DNA from: Candidatus Bathyarchaeota archaeon
GTDB taxonomy: Archaea; Thermoproteota; Bathyarchaeia; Bathyarchaeales; DTEX01
DNA length: 61,283 nt
NCBI GenBank assembly: GCA_018396975.1
Contig: JAGTQA010000014.1
Span: 1-61,283 of the forward strand
Direction of reading: 5' to 3'
In this document: positions 38,634 to 49,339 of the stretch, in pieces
Position numbering within the stretch: position 1 is the first letter of the stretch
How the letters are laid out: each line of letters starts with the position of its first letter
Notes under the pieces: generated by a model
What the model saw: only the letters and a program-made list of their open reading frames with translations
The model's database searches: none
Told to the model about the DNA's origin: nothing
Made by a program: the position numbers and the translations under genes

Positions 38634-40505
38634 TTAAAGTTTACCCTTAACTATGTGGGCTAAATCCTCTAACCCCAGCTCGGTGAGCTTCTCAATTGTT
38701 GGGACACCCTCCCTTGTCCAGCCCCTATGCGCATAGTAATCGTCGAGCATAAAGTCCAGCTCCTCCTGCGTTATATAGCTGCCTTTAGATACGGTCTCAT
38801 CTGGGATTGGTGTTGTCATAACCTTGATTGGTAGATGGTCATCCTTCCTCGTGAGGCCCTCCCTAATATTATATAGTCTTGCTAGGTTGCTCAGCCTCTC
38901 ACCAGTCTTCTTTAGTTCCTCAGCCGTCATCTCGATTCCAGTTACAAGCGTGTAGTATTTGGCTAGGTCCTCAAATCCCTTATAGTAAACGCCCCTAGAG
39001 AACTTGCATACGATTAGCGAGTCAATTATCATGTATAGGTCCTCTATCTCAATAACGAGCTTAGACCTTCCCTTCTCAAACTTGAACCTATCAACCTTCC
39101 CGGCTATATCTAGGGCGTATGCTCCATGCCTATTGTGGTCTGCTCCACGGAATGAGACCGCGTATCCTACGGCTGCAGTCTTAAGCCCCCTAATATCATA
39201 GCCGGTCATCTCAAGTCCCTTAATGTGGTTAGCGAACTTCTCAGCACCCTTCCCAATTATTTCAGCAGCCCTCTTAACACCCTCAGCCAATATGTTACCT
39301 AGCCCCTCACGCTTACCAATCATCTCGGTAAGCTTAACCATTGCCTCAGCATTACCGAACCTTAAATCTAAACCACCAGTATCCTCTTTAGTGAGGATTC
39401 CATGCTCATAACAGTCCATTGCAAAGCCAACAATATTACCGGCGGATATAGAATCCATGCCATAGTAATTGCATAAGTCTATAGCCTTAATTATGGCATC
39501 CATGCGGTCAACGCCACAGTGGGGTCCAAAAGCCCAAAGTGGCTCATACTCAACCCTAGCCATAGTCCCCTTATACGGTCCCTCAGGCACGACCGCTATG
39601 TGCTCACATCTCATGGCACATGATGAGCAGCCAATAATCTTCGTAACGAAGCGCATGTTAAGGTATTCGCCGCTAACCTTCTCAGCCCCTTCAAATACGG
39701 CGTTCGTGAAGTTTCTTGTTGGTAGGCAACCGAGTGAGTTATGGACTAAGACGTTCTGTGGGGTTCCAAGGGTTCTATATTTGACAGTTGCCGGGCCCTT
39801 CATCCTTTCATGCAGAATCTTAACGAATTCGAGGAATTCCTCTGGCTTAGCTACTGGAACATCTTTTGTTCCCCTAACGGCTATGGCCTTAAGGTTCTTT
39901 GAGCCCATAACAGCGCCCATGCCGCATCGTCCAGCGGCCCTAGTCTTATCATTAATTATGCATGCAATCCTCGAGAGCTTTTCACCAGCCAAACCTATTG
40001 CTGCAACACGTATGTAGTAGTCGCCAAGATCTTCCCTAATAATGTCTTCTGTCTCCTGCGGTGACTTCCCCCAGAGGTGCTTTGCATCCATGATCTGGAC
40101 GCTGTCATCATCTATCCAGACGTAAACGGGCTTCTCGGCTTTACCCTCAAATATTACAGCATCGTAGCCGGCCCTCTTAAGTTCAGCACCGAAGAAACCG
40201 TGCGACTTAGCCTCACCAACACCATTAGTAAGCGGAGATTTTGCGACAAAAGCATGCCCATTTCCACCTGTAGGCGCAACTGTTCCACTGAATGGGCCGG
40301 TTGTGAGGATTAGGGGGTTTTCTGGGCTAAGCGGGTCTATACCGGGCTCAGAATTGTCTATTAGTAAGCGTATGCCTAAGCCTATTCCCCCAATATACTT
40401 TTTCGCCATCTCCTCCTTTAGGGGCTCTGTTCTAGTTCTGCCGTTAGATAAATTCACCCTCAAAATCCTACCAGCATAACCAAACAATACTCTTATCCTC
40501 CCCAA
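38634..40505 (-). CDS. aor: Tungsten-containing aldehyde:ferredoxin oxidoreductase family enzyme
   Basis: GYAGRILRVNLS N-terminus, ~620 aa, and AOR-family Cys ligand region (CSSCAMRC). Confidence 0.88.
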   Translation of the reverse strand: MGRIRVLFGYAGRILRVNLSNGRTRTEPLKEEMAKKYIGGIGLGIRLLIDNSEPGIDPLSPENPLILTTGPFSGTVAPTGGNGHAFVAKSPLTNGVGEAKSHGFFGAELKRAGYDAVIFEGKAEKPVYVWIDDDSVQIMDAKHLWGKSPQETEDIIREDLGDYYIRVAAIGLAGEKLSRIACIINDKTRAAGRCGMGAVMGSKNLKAIAVRGTKDVPVAKPEEFLEFVKILHERMKGPATVKYRTLGTPQNVLVHNSLGCLPTRNFTNAVFEGAEKVSGEYLNMRFVTKIIGCSSCAMRCEHIAVVPEGPYKGTMARVEYEPLWAFGPHCGVDRMDAIIKAIDLCNYYGMDSISAGNIVGFAMDCYEHGILTKEDTGGLDLRFGNAEAMVKLTEMIGKREGLGNILAEGVKRAAEIIGKGAEKFANHIKGLEMTGYDIRGLKTAAVGYAVSFRGADHNRHGAYALDIAGKVDRFKFEKGRSKLVIEIEDLYMIIDSLIVCKFSRGVYYKGFEDLAKYYTLVTGIEMTAEELKKTGERLSNLARLYNIREGLTRKDDHLPIKVMTTPIPDETVSKGSYITQEELDFMLDDYYAHRGWTREGVPTIEKLTELGLEDLAHIVKGKL

Positions 40506-40631
40506 TTTAGGGAATTAGAGAAAAAATGTAAGAACTTGCTTATAATTTTTTGTTTTTCATAAGGCTATTAAGTAACTGCCTATCTTCTACTTTAATAATG
40601 TGGCTTCAAGAGCTAGGAAGAAGACGGCTTT

Positions 40632-41990
40632 TCAACAATAAATATGTTTTTTGAGAAGATTTTTGGCTACTTGGAAGGTGCGTTTTGCTAAATCGGAGAT
40701 TCTACTGTTATCGTAGCCTATAACGAAGCTCCTTAAGCGATCATTTAGTGGTTCTATCCATTTCTTTGGTAGTTTTTCTGCTCCGAGCATCACTCCTAGA
40801 ATTGACCCCACCGTGGCACCATTACAATCAGTATCCCAGCCACCCATCACGCTTATAGTTATGCCCTTCTCATAGTCTCCGCCACTATATAACAGTCCCA
40901 TAACCACCAATGCAGCATTGTTTATAGTGTGGACGAAGTGGTACTGCCCATACTTCTCGTTTATCTTATTCCACGTATCCCTCCAGTCGCTGAACTGCTT
41001 ACTCCATTCCATGACATTTTTTATAGCTTCGGTAAGCCTAGACTTCTTTGGGATCGCAGATAAACCTATCTCAATTACTTCCTCAATATTGACTGTTGCG
41101 AACGCCGCGCTTATCATAGCGCTAACAAACATCTCACCATATATGCCGTTCTTAACATGTGAGAGAGAAGCATCCTTATACGCTAATTCAGCGGCCAACT
41201 CCGGATCGCCCGGCGCAACATAACCCCAAGTATCGGCTCTAATCTGTGCGCCGATCCACTCCCTATAAGGATTCATATATGTGGCTGTCTCAGGAGGCTG
41301 TAAGCCATTAACTAAATTCCTGTAAGCCGCCCTTTCGGCGGTGTAAACCTGCAAATATGGTAGTAGGTGAAGCCATGTCTCACCAACGTTCATCGTAGTA
41401 AAGTTTAGACCATAATTTTCTAAGATGTGCAAGTTGATTATAGTGTAGTCTATGTCATCATCGCGGGCCATACAGCTTATCTGACCGCGTAAAACACCCA
41501 TTTTGGTTCTCCTAAACATATCTTCAATATAGGAAAGTCTGTCCCTTAACCATCTAGGAGCATCTTCCGGAAAGTTATGTATCGGTGGAAAATAGTCCTT
41601 CAGCGGATACTCGCCCGCAATATTCAGCCATGTTTCAATCTGCTCTTTAGTGAGCCCTTCAACGGGTTTTCCAAGCAAGCAGCCAGCGCAACGACCAAGC
41701 CAACCACCATAAATCCTGTCAAACAACTCTTCATCAGAAAGTTTAATCCCCATTCTCTCAAGTTTTCTTGGTCTCTCAGCAATTATTTCATGAAGATTAG
41801 ACGGTTCCTTATATGGAAAACTCGGCTTAAGCGGACACCGTTCTAGCTCCTCTAAGAAAACTTTTAACTCCGATATTGTCCTAATGTCAATTTTCAAAAG
41901 ATTCTCTGACACTTCTGTGACATCATATCCCTCTTCCTCTCTCTGCTTTACTTCATCTACTGCTATCTGTTTAAATTCCTTAAGGGACAT
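40632..41990 (-). CDS. ADP-ribosylglycohydrolase family protein with N-terminal extension
   Basis: DDDIDYT and GGWDTDCNGATVGSILG motifs. Confidence 0.8.
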   Translation of the reverse strand: MSLKEFKQIAVDEVKQREEEGYDVTEVSENLLKIDIRTISELKVFLEELERCPLKPSFPYKEPSNLHEIIAERPRKLERMGIKLSDEELFDRIYGGWLGRCAGCLLGKPVEGLTKEQIETWLNIAGEYPLKDYFPPIHNFPEDAPRWLRDRLSYIEDMFRRTKMGVLRGQISCMARDDDIDYTIINLHILENYGLNFTTMNVGETWLHLLPYLQVYTAERAAYRNLVNGLQPPETATYMNPYREWIGAQIRADTWGYVAPGDPELAAELAYKDASLSHVKNGIYGEMFVSAMISAAFATVNIEEVIEIGLSAIPKKSRLTEAIKNVMEWSKQFSDWRDTWNKINEKYGQYHFVHTINNAALVVMGLLYSGGDYEKGITISVMGGWDTDCNGATVGSILGVMLGAEKLPKKWIEPLNDRLRSFVIGYDNSRISDLAKRTFQVAKNLLKKHIYC

Positions 41991-42159
41991 TTGACCACCA
42001 AAATACGAGGTGTATTGTGATATTATTGATTAAAGTAATTCATATGTTTTCAGCCGAACCCTCAAAAAAGGATATCTTAAGGATTTAGACTTATACATGG
42101 CTGCAAAAGGTTATATGAACTTATGGGACTCCACTCTGAAGTACTAAAATATGCTATCT

Positions 42160-42618
42160 CTATGGAGCAGCTTGATCGCCTCTAATTATACCTGTCTCAG
42201 TCTTCACCTCAGGCCTAGCATGTTTCTTAAGCCACCTAGCAACCTCCGCTAAAACTGGATGCCCCGAGACATCTAGGACTGGTATCTCTAAGCCCCCAAC
42301 CCTAATAAATGGGGAGTATTTTGGCATCAAGGCGAAATTAACGGAGCTCCAGAAAATTCTGCCCTTAAGATAGTTTTCCATAAGCTCTTCTGTATCTGGC
42401 GCCAGTGAGAAGTAGACGAAGATTATACCCTCAGCCCACTGTGCCATTACCGGTAGGCCTGAATGTATGAGCCTAGCAAACATTTGATCTAGCGCATCCC
42501 TTGAAAATTGAAAGAAGTCGAGAATGACTATTTCCTTGGCTGGCTTATATATTATTTTAACCTTGCCCTTACTTCTCCTCGAACTCTCTTCGCCACCCAT
42601 AAAAATTCTATCCTCCAA
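42160..42618 (-). CDS. Hypothetical protein
   Basis: ORF only. No recognised motif. Confidence 0.35.
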   Translation of the reverse strand: MEDRIFMGGEESSRRSKGKVKIIYKPAKEIVILDFFQFSRDALDQMFARLIHSGLPVMAQWAEGIIFVYFSLAPDTEELMENYLKGRIFWSSVNFALMPKYSPFIRVGGLEIPVLDVSGHPVLAEVARWLKKHARPEVKTETGIIRGDQAAP

Positions 42619-42966
42619 CCTATCATATCTTATTCCGCTGCTTATAACCTAATTTCTGGATCAGGAATTTATTTAACCCTATCTCTCCCTTAATCCATCT
42701 CTAACATATCTTTAGGACATAGATCGTGAGAAGTGTCGAGCCGCTTTTATTTCCCCTAAAACGAAGATTAAATCGCGCAATTACCTGAAAACCCATTTCG
42801 AGATAAAATATGCCTTCTATTGAATTCTCCCGCCCATTTCTCCCTCCATTTTACAAGAACTTATCTCGAAGTATACAAAAAATTATGAAAAGTAAGATTA
42901 GTGCAATACGCAAATTTTATGTTACATTCATACCTCAAAAGTGAGGGCTCCCGGGGGTAAGGGTGT

Positions 42967-43722
42967 TTGTTGCCAGATATGATGTCGGATGAGATTAAGG
43001 TGTCAACCCACGCGGAGGATCTAAAGTTCCGCCTAGCAACAGTTGAACTTCTTAGAACTGCCAAGAAATATTATACTTATAGGGAGTTGGCTGCTAAAAC
43101 CGATCTCCCAGTAACAGTTTTGAGTAGATATGCTAAGGGGCATGTTCTCCCAAACCTTGAGAGGGCTCGTAAGCTCTGGGATGCACTCTCTAAGATGGTT
43201 GGGCTGGAAAATGAATTTAAAAGGAGGCTCAAATTTAATAGTGACGGATACTTTGATAACACGCTTATTGTTGGGGATATAATCCTCCTTAGACAGGCTG
43301 CAAACTATGCTATAGCGAGGTTCGCCGGTAAGAGAATAACGAAGGTCTTAACGGCCGCTGTTGATGGTATTCCGCTTGCAACAATGGTTGCCAATGCCTT
43401 AGGAGTTAACTTAGTCGTTGCTAAAACGACTAAGGAGGTTGGTGTCCCCTCATTCCTTGAGGAGACATATGTCTTAAGCGATTCAGGTTATACTCTAACT
43501 CTCTACATTCCAAGGGACTCCATCAAGAAGCGCGATAGCATCCTAATAGTTGATGATATCATAAAGAGTGGGGATACTCAGAGTGCACTCTTAAATCTCG
43601 CTTATAAGGCGAAGTCTGAGGTTGCTGGAATATTTGCGATGATAGCCATTGGAGATTCGTGGACAAAGAGAATTAAGATTCCACCGGACTGCCAAGTCGA
43701 GATAATCCTTAGACTAAACTAA
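42967..43722 (+). CDS. HTH domain fused to phosphoribosyltransferase domain (PurR/GfcR-like putative regulator)
   Basis: N-terminal HTH-like YRELAAKTDLPVTVLSRYAKGHVLP. C-terminal PRPP-binding loop ILIVDDIIKSGDT. Confidence 0.65.
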   Translation: MLPDMMSDEIKVSTHAEDLKFRLATVELLRTAKKYYTYRELAAKTDLPVTVLSRYAKGHVLPNLERARKLWDALSKMVGLENEFKRRLKFNSDGYFDNTLIVGDIILLRQAANYAIARFAGKRITKVLTAAVDGIPLATMVANALGVNLVVAKTTKEVGVPSFLEETYVLSDSGYTLTLYIPRDSIKKRDSILIVDDIIKSGDTQSALLNLAYKAKSEVAGIFAMIAIGDSWTKRIKIPPDCQVEIILRLN

Positions 43723-43772
43723 CATAATTCACCAAAATATTTATTGAGATGAGGCATTTTTAGAGTTGTAGA

Positions 43773-43934
43773 CTACCGTGTCTTCTCCCGTTTCTTCCAC
43801 CTTAGATTCCGGCTTCTACAATTTCGGCACTTCACAGCTGTAGGAGCATTTCTAGCCCCACAGGACCTACATATTTTCATGTAGAGTCTCTTCCTCTGCG
43901 CTATACTCCGCTTCAGTGGGTCGACTATTGGCAT
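43773..43934 (-). CDS. rpl40e: Ribosomal protein L40e (eL40)
   Basis: Hand translation: MPIVDPLKRSIAQRKRLYMKICRSCGARNAPTAVKCRNCRSRNLRWKKREKTR*. CxxC...CxxC zinc ribbon and the conserved KICR.CGARN. 53 aa, below the ORF-track cutoff. Confidence 0.85.
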   Translation of the reverse strand: MPIVDPLKRSIAQRKRLYMKICRSCGARNAPTAVKCRNCRSRNLRWKKREKTR

Positions 43935-43994
43935 CTTAAATCGGCCTCTAATATTGACAACAAGAAATATGGTGGGCTAAATATATTTTTTGGT

Positions 43995-44603
43995 TTATGG
44001 GCTGAATTGGTCCCTATACCATTTAGCAAATTCCCTTAAGGCTCTAGCCCTATGCGAAATTTTATTCTTCTCCTCAATTGTCATCTCTCCAAATGTCTTT
44101 CCAGGCTGCTCGTCCGGCTCAAATATTGGATCGAATCCGAATCCACCGTATCCCCTAGCTACCCTAGTAATTCTGCCCTCGACAAAACCGCGGAAGTATT
44201 TGACGCTTCCATCGGTATCTGAGAAGGCTACAACCGATTTGAACCTAGCCCTCCTATTCTCAATCCCCTCTAGGAGTTTGAGTATGCCATCCAATCCAAT
44301 CTTCCTATAGACGTATGAGGAGTATGGCCCCGGAAAGCCGTTAAGTGCATCTATGAACAGCCCGGCATCCTCAACTATAACTGGCAGATTTATCTTGCGC
44401 GCAGCATCGATTGCGCTTGCCTCCGCAATACTCTCTATGTCATCATCCTGAATCTCTATGGTTTTCACCCTGACCATGGCGACTGAAATATTGTATTCGG
44501 CTAGAACCCGCCTCGCCTCATTAAACTTGTGCATGTTCCCGGTTGCGAAGAATATTAGCTTACCATATGGGAAGGCTCTGCCCAGCGTCAAACTAGATTT
44601 CAC
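43995..44603 (-). CDS. Non-canonical purine NTP pyrophosphatase (HAM1/RdgB, ITPase)
   Basis: FATGNMHKFNEA, VEDAGLF and GFGFDPIF motifs. 4-nt overlap with bud32. Confidence 0.88.
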   Translation of the reverse strand: MKSSLTLGRAFPYGKLIFFATGNMHKFNEARRVLAEYNISVAMVRVKTIEIQDDDIESIAEASAIDAARKINLPVIVEDAGLFIDALNGFPGPYSSYVYRKIGLDGILKLLEGIENRRARFKSVVAFSDTDGSVKYFRGFVEGRITRVARGYGGFGFDPIFEPDEQPGKTFGEMTIEEKNKISHRARALREFAKWYRDQFSP

Positions 44604-45247
44604 CTCCCCACAATATATCTTCCTCTCCTCTCAATCTCCCTAATCTTGTTTATGACATCCTTAGTGATTTCATCCCCCATAATCTCCCTATAACCATCAA
44701 TAACAGCATTAAAGCACTCGTCAGCATATTTATAATGGGTGCTTGCCAGAGCCCTTCTCATCAGATGCAAATCTACACCCCTAGCCTCAAGATCAACGCT
44801 CTGCTCACTGAGGCCGAAATCCACAAAGACTATCCTTCCACTAGGCGTTAGGATCATGTTTGATGTAGTTAGGTCCCCATGTATTATGCCGGACTTATGG
44901 AGCTTTCCAACAAGCCTGCCAATCTCCCGACAGAGTCTAACCCTATCCTCACTTGGCAGATCATTAAGTATCTGCTTGATCTGCTTGCCCTCAACAAACT
45001 CCATGATTATTGTCGCCTCTTCAAGGTCGACTAGAAATATTATTGGTGTCGGAACCCCAGCCTCCTTAGCCTTATGAATCATTTGGGGTTCATGCTTAGT
45101 CCTCCTAATCTGAAGGGCTCTATCGAGCTCTGCCACCCTATACTTCTTTGGGTGTCTCCTCTTGAATATAACCTTCCTACCGCACCACTCCTCGAGGTAT
45201 ATGCTTGCCTCAGCCCCCCTCTTTATCAACACGCCCAAAATCTCCAC
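44600..45247 (-). CDS. bud32: KEOPS subunit Bud32 (Kae1-associated kinase)
   Basis: RIO-like small kinase, IIHGDLTTSNMIL, VDFGLS. Downstream of kae1. Confidence 0.88.
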   Translation of the reverse strand: MEILGVLIKRGAEASIYLEEWCGRKVIFKRRHPKKYRVAELDRALQIRRTKHEPQMIHKAKEAGVPTPIIFLVDLEEATIIMEFVEGKQIKQILNDLPSEDRVRLCREIGRLVGKLHKSGIIHGDLTTSNMILTPSGRIVFVDFGLSEQSVDLEARGVDLHLMRRALASTHYKYADECFNAVIDGYREIMGDEITKDVINKIREIERRGRYIVGR

Positions 45248-45269
45248 CGCCTAGCAGCATATGCCTACG

Positions 45270-46310
<1,041 letters not shown>

Positions 46311-46419
46311 TCATAAAGGTTAAGGGGTTGATGTAACCTAGTCATGTTCAATATATTTATGTGCTAGAATCGCACTAATAAAATTATAGTGAGGGATCGC
46401 GCAATAGTGGGAGAGGGAT

Positions 46420-46773
46420 ATGCCCAAACAGAATGATCTAGAGCAGAAGGCGCTTGATATAATAATGAGTAGGGGTGAGAAGGGCATACTCCAATCCGAA
46501 CTATGGCGCGAAATGAACGCTAGCAGCAGAGAGGGTTCGCGAATATCAATTAGACTCGAGAGTAAGGGGCTAATATACCGTGAGCCGGAGCTCTCCAAGG
46601 GGCGATGGACATATAGGATCTACTCTAAGCGCCACCCAATCTCCATAGACTCAATAATTGACTGCCCATGCTTCTCATGCGAGGAGAACTCGCGATGCGG
46701 GGCTGGTGGCAAAGTCTCCCCAAATGACTGCGAGAAGCTAACACAATGGATCCTTCAGGAGATGGAAAAGTAG
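46420..46773 (+). CDS. Winged-helix protein with C-terminal Cys cluster (TFE-beta/RPC34-like candidate)
   Basis: wH-like GILQSELWREMNASSREGSRISIRLESKGLIYRE, then CPCFSCEENSRC...C. Confidence 0.4.
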   Translation: MPKQNDLEQKALDIIMSRGEKGILQSELWREMNASSREGSRISIRLESKGLIYREPELSKGRWTYRIYSKRHPISIDSIIDCPCFSCEENSRCGAGGKVSPNDCEKLTQWILQEMEK

Positions 46774-46801
46774 GGGCATTTATCCCTCGGTGGATTAATA
46801 G

Positions 46802-47413
46802 TTGTCTGGGAGATGGCTTGAGAGGAGGAAAAGAGACTACTATTATAGGAGGGCTAAGGAGGAGAATTATAGGTCGCGGGCAGCCTACAAACTCCTCCAG
46901 GCGATAGAGAAGTATGGTTTCATGCGCCCCCATGATGTTGTTATCGATTTGGGTGCTGCACCAGGTGGATGGCTTCAAGTGGCAAGGCAGATTGTCGGTG
47001 ATAAAGGATTTGTTTTAGGCGTAGACATTAGGGATATTGAACCCCTTCAATATAGTAATGTTCACACAATTATTGGCGACGTAAGAGAGGAGGATACATT
47101 AAGGAGGATTAAGGCCATCTTACCCCGCCCAGCCGACGTAGTAATCTCTGACCTATCGCCCAATGTTTCAGGTGTTTGGGAGCTCGACCATGCTAGACAA
47201 ATAGAGCTCGCGGAGCAGGCCCTAAAAATAGCCCTTTCAACTCTCAGAAGGGGTGGGAACATTTTCATAAAAGTCTTTCACGGAGATCTATTCGATGAGT
47301 TTTTGAGAAGCGTAAAGAGATATTTTGGTCGGGTTGAGATTTTCAAGCCGAAAGCCAGTAGGAAGGAGAGTGCGGAAATCTACATAGTTGGGATGGATTT
47401 TAAGCCCCCTTAG
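46802..47413 (+). CDS. rlmE: 23S rRNA 2'-O-ribose methyltransferase RlmE/FtsJ
   Basis: YRSRAAYKL, DLGAAPGGW, DLSP. TTG start is uncertain. Confidence 0.88.
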   Translation: MSGRWLERRKRDYYYRRAKEENYRSRAAYKLLQAIEKYGFMRPHDVVIDLGAAPGGWLQVARQIVGDKGFVLGVDIRDIEPLQYSNVHTIIGDVREEDTLRRIKAILPRPADVVISDLSPNVSGVWELDHARQIELAEQALKIALSTLRRGGNIFIKVFHGDLFDEFLRSVKRYFGRVEIFKPKASRKESAEIYIVGMDFKPP

Positions 47414-48584
47414 CAACACTCACGATCGTTTCTACAATAGTTTTTAATCCGTTTACCCCTGCAACTTCCCTTCGAATCATCTCAATATTCCTCCTATATG
47501 AGTCATCTCTTAGAATTTTGTTTATGGCTTTGAGGAGCGTTTCCATATTCACATCGCTCTGCTCAATAACCTCCGCCACACCCATATCCCTAACCCTTAT
47601 AGCGTTATTCATCTGCTCAGTGTGGCTTGGTGTTGGTATGAGAACCATGGGCTTACCATAATAGATGCATTGCGATATTGTTCCATGACCAGCTCTGGAA
47701 ACAATAACGTCAGCTGCCTTCAAATACTCGAATCTGTTAGGAATCCAGTTATATACGGTTAAGTGCCCATGCTTAGACACCACTATTGGGTTGCTTGGAT
47801 CACCAGTAGACATAACAATCTGATAGTCTCCTGGGAAGTTTGCAAAGATTCTCCTTAAAACTTCAATTATGTAGGCCCGCTCCTTTAATGGGCCGCTTAT
47901 AGGGGCAAATATTAGCGGCTTATCAACATCTAAGCCCAGTCTCTCACGTATCTCCTCCTTGCTTGGTAGCTCATCTGGGCAAACTGGCAGTATTGGACCA
48001 ACGAACCTCACGCGCCTAAAGTATGCAATTGGCATCCTAAGATTTCCAGCTGATATCGTGTATGGTGGTGGGAAATCAGGGATTAGGAGTGGAAGTGTCC
48101 CACTAACCCATATTTTACCTATTATTGCTAACCCCCCAGTCTCTGTAAGCTTCGCAAGTCTAAGGAGCCTCTTCCTTCTGGGTATTATTATCTGGAACTG
48201 GTTTACTATGCAAAGGTTTGGGATGCCAAGAGCCCTAGCAGCTAGTAGGGGTGAGACTCGCGAGTCCGAAACGACAACATCGGGCTTAAATGCCCTCATA
48301 AACTTGATTTCAGATTCAATCTGCCTAGTAAGTATTAGGGCAGCTAGGAAAGGGCCGGGATTAGCAACTGTCTGCCTAAAATCTATTGTCCCATCCGGCT
48401 TAACCATAACCTCCATTGATGGTGGCTCAACCACTGGATAGCCTTCATTCTTAACGTACTTAACGGCGTCCTTATATGTTGAGAACAGTATTTCAGCACC
48501 CATCTCCCTAAGCTTATTAGCTATGGGTATGCAACGCCCAACATGCCCAAACCCTATACCACACACTCCCAAGTAAACTCTCAT
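47400..48584 (-). CDS. GT-B fold glycosyltransferase (MurG/GT28/GT1-like)
   Basis: N-terminal GIGFGHVGRC. C-terminal SRAGHGTISQ...GKPMVLIP nucleotide-sugar binding pattern. Confidence 0.7.
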   Translation of the reverse strand: MRVYLGVCGIGFGHVGRCIPIANKLREMGAEILFSTYKDAVKYVKNEGYPVVEPPSMEVMVKPDGTIDFRQTVANPGPFLAALILTRQIESEIKFMRAFKPDVVVSDSRVSPLLAARALGIPNLCIVNQFQIIIPRRKRLLRLAKLTETGGLAIIGKIWVSGTLPLLIPDFPPPYTISAGNLRMPIAYFRRVRFVGPILPVCPDELPSKEEIRERLGLDVDKPLIFAPISGPLKERAYIIEVLRRIFANFPGDYQIVMSTGDPSNPIVVSKHGHLTVYNWIPNRFEYLKAADVIVSRAGHGTISQCIYYGKPMVLIPTPSHTEQMNNAIRVRDMGVAEVIEQSDVNMETLLKAINKILRDDSYRRNIEMIRREVAGVNGLKTIVETIVSVAKGA

Positions 48585-48709
48585 AATGAACCCCTTTTAA
48601 TCTGCCCTTTTAACTTGGATCAGACTATAATTGTGATGGGTACATGATTCTAACTAGAAGATCATGGAATAAACACTCTTAACATTTTTGGAAAATCGGT
48701 TTACGTAGA

Positions 48710-49330
48710 TTATAATAGAAGCCCGAATATGATTATGTATAGGGTTAGTAGCGCGATTGCCATCAACAGATTTCTCTTCCACCTTCCACGACTCCAAGAT
48801 ATGCCCAGCGGAACGCCTACTAGGAAGCCTATGATATGCCCTAAATAGCCCACCTCAGGCTCACCGATTCCAGTATAGACTGCCAAAATATTGTAGATGA
48901 AGTATAATATGGCGACTAATCCCAAGGGCATTAGGAATAACCATGAAAATTTGAGGGGCTTAATGAGCATAACCATAGCAACCAGTGTGAATATAGCCGC
49001 TGACGCCCCAACCATAATAACATTAGGTTCATAGAAGAATAAGCTTAAAATAAATGAGAGAGAGCCACCAAGAAAGAAGGCTGCCAGCATCTTAGACGAT
49101 CCAATCTCCCTTTCGATCGCTCCTCCAAAAACATACAGGAATAACATGTTCCCGATTAAATGAGCTAAATTTGCGTGGATAAATATGGATGTTACTGGCG
49201 TCCAGAAGAAACCCCTCCTAAGGTTCTCGCCACTAAAGTATAGGGCGCTTATAAACGGATTATCTGTGAAGTATAGATGGGCTATTGTTGCAAGCACACA
49301 TAAAATGATCAGCAGGATGGTTTTCTTCAA
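48710..49330 (-). CDS. Rhomboid family intramembrane serine protease
   Basis: HANLAHLIGNMLFL, GASAAIF (GxSxxxF) and a downstream His (GHIIGF). Confidence 0.85.
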   Translation of the reverse strand: MKKTILLIILCVLATIAHLYFTDNPFISALYFSGENLRRGFFWTPVTSIFIHANLAHLIGNMLFLYVFGGAIEREIGSSKMLAAFFLGGSLSFILSLFFYEPNVIMVGASAAIFTLVAMVMLIKPLKFSWLFLMPLGLVAILYFIYNILAVYTGIGEPEVGYLGHIIGFLVGVPLGISWSRGRWKRNLLMAIALLTLYIIIFGLLL

Positions 49331-49339
49331 ACCCTCATC

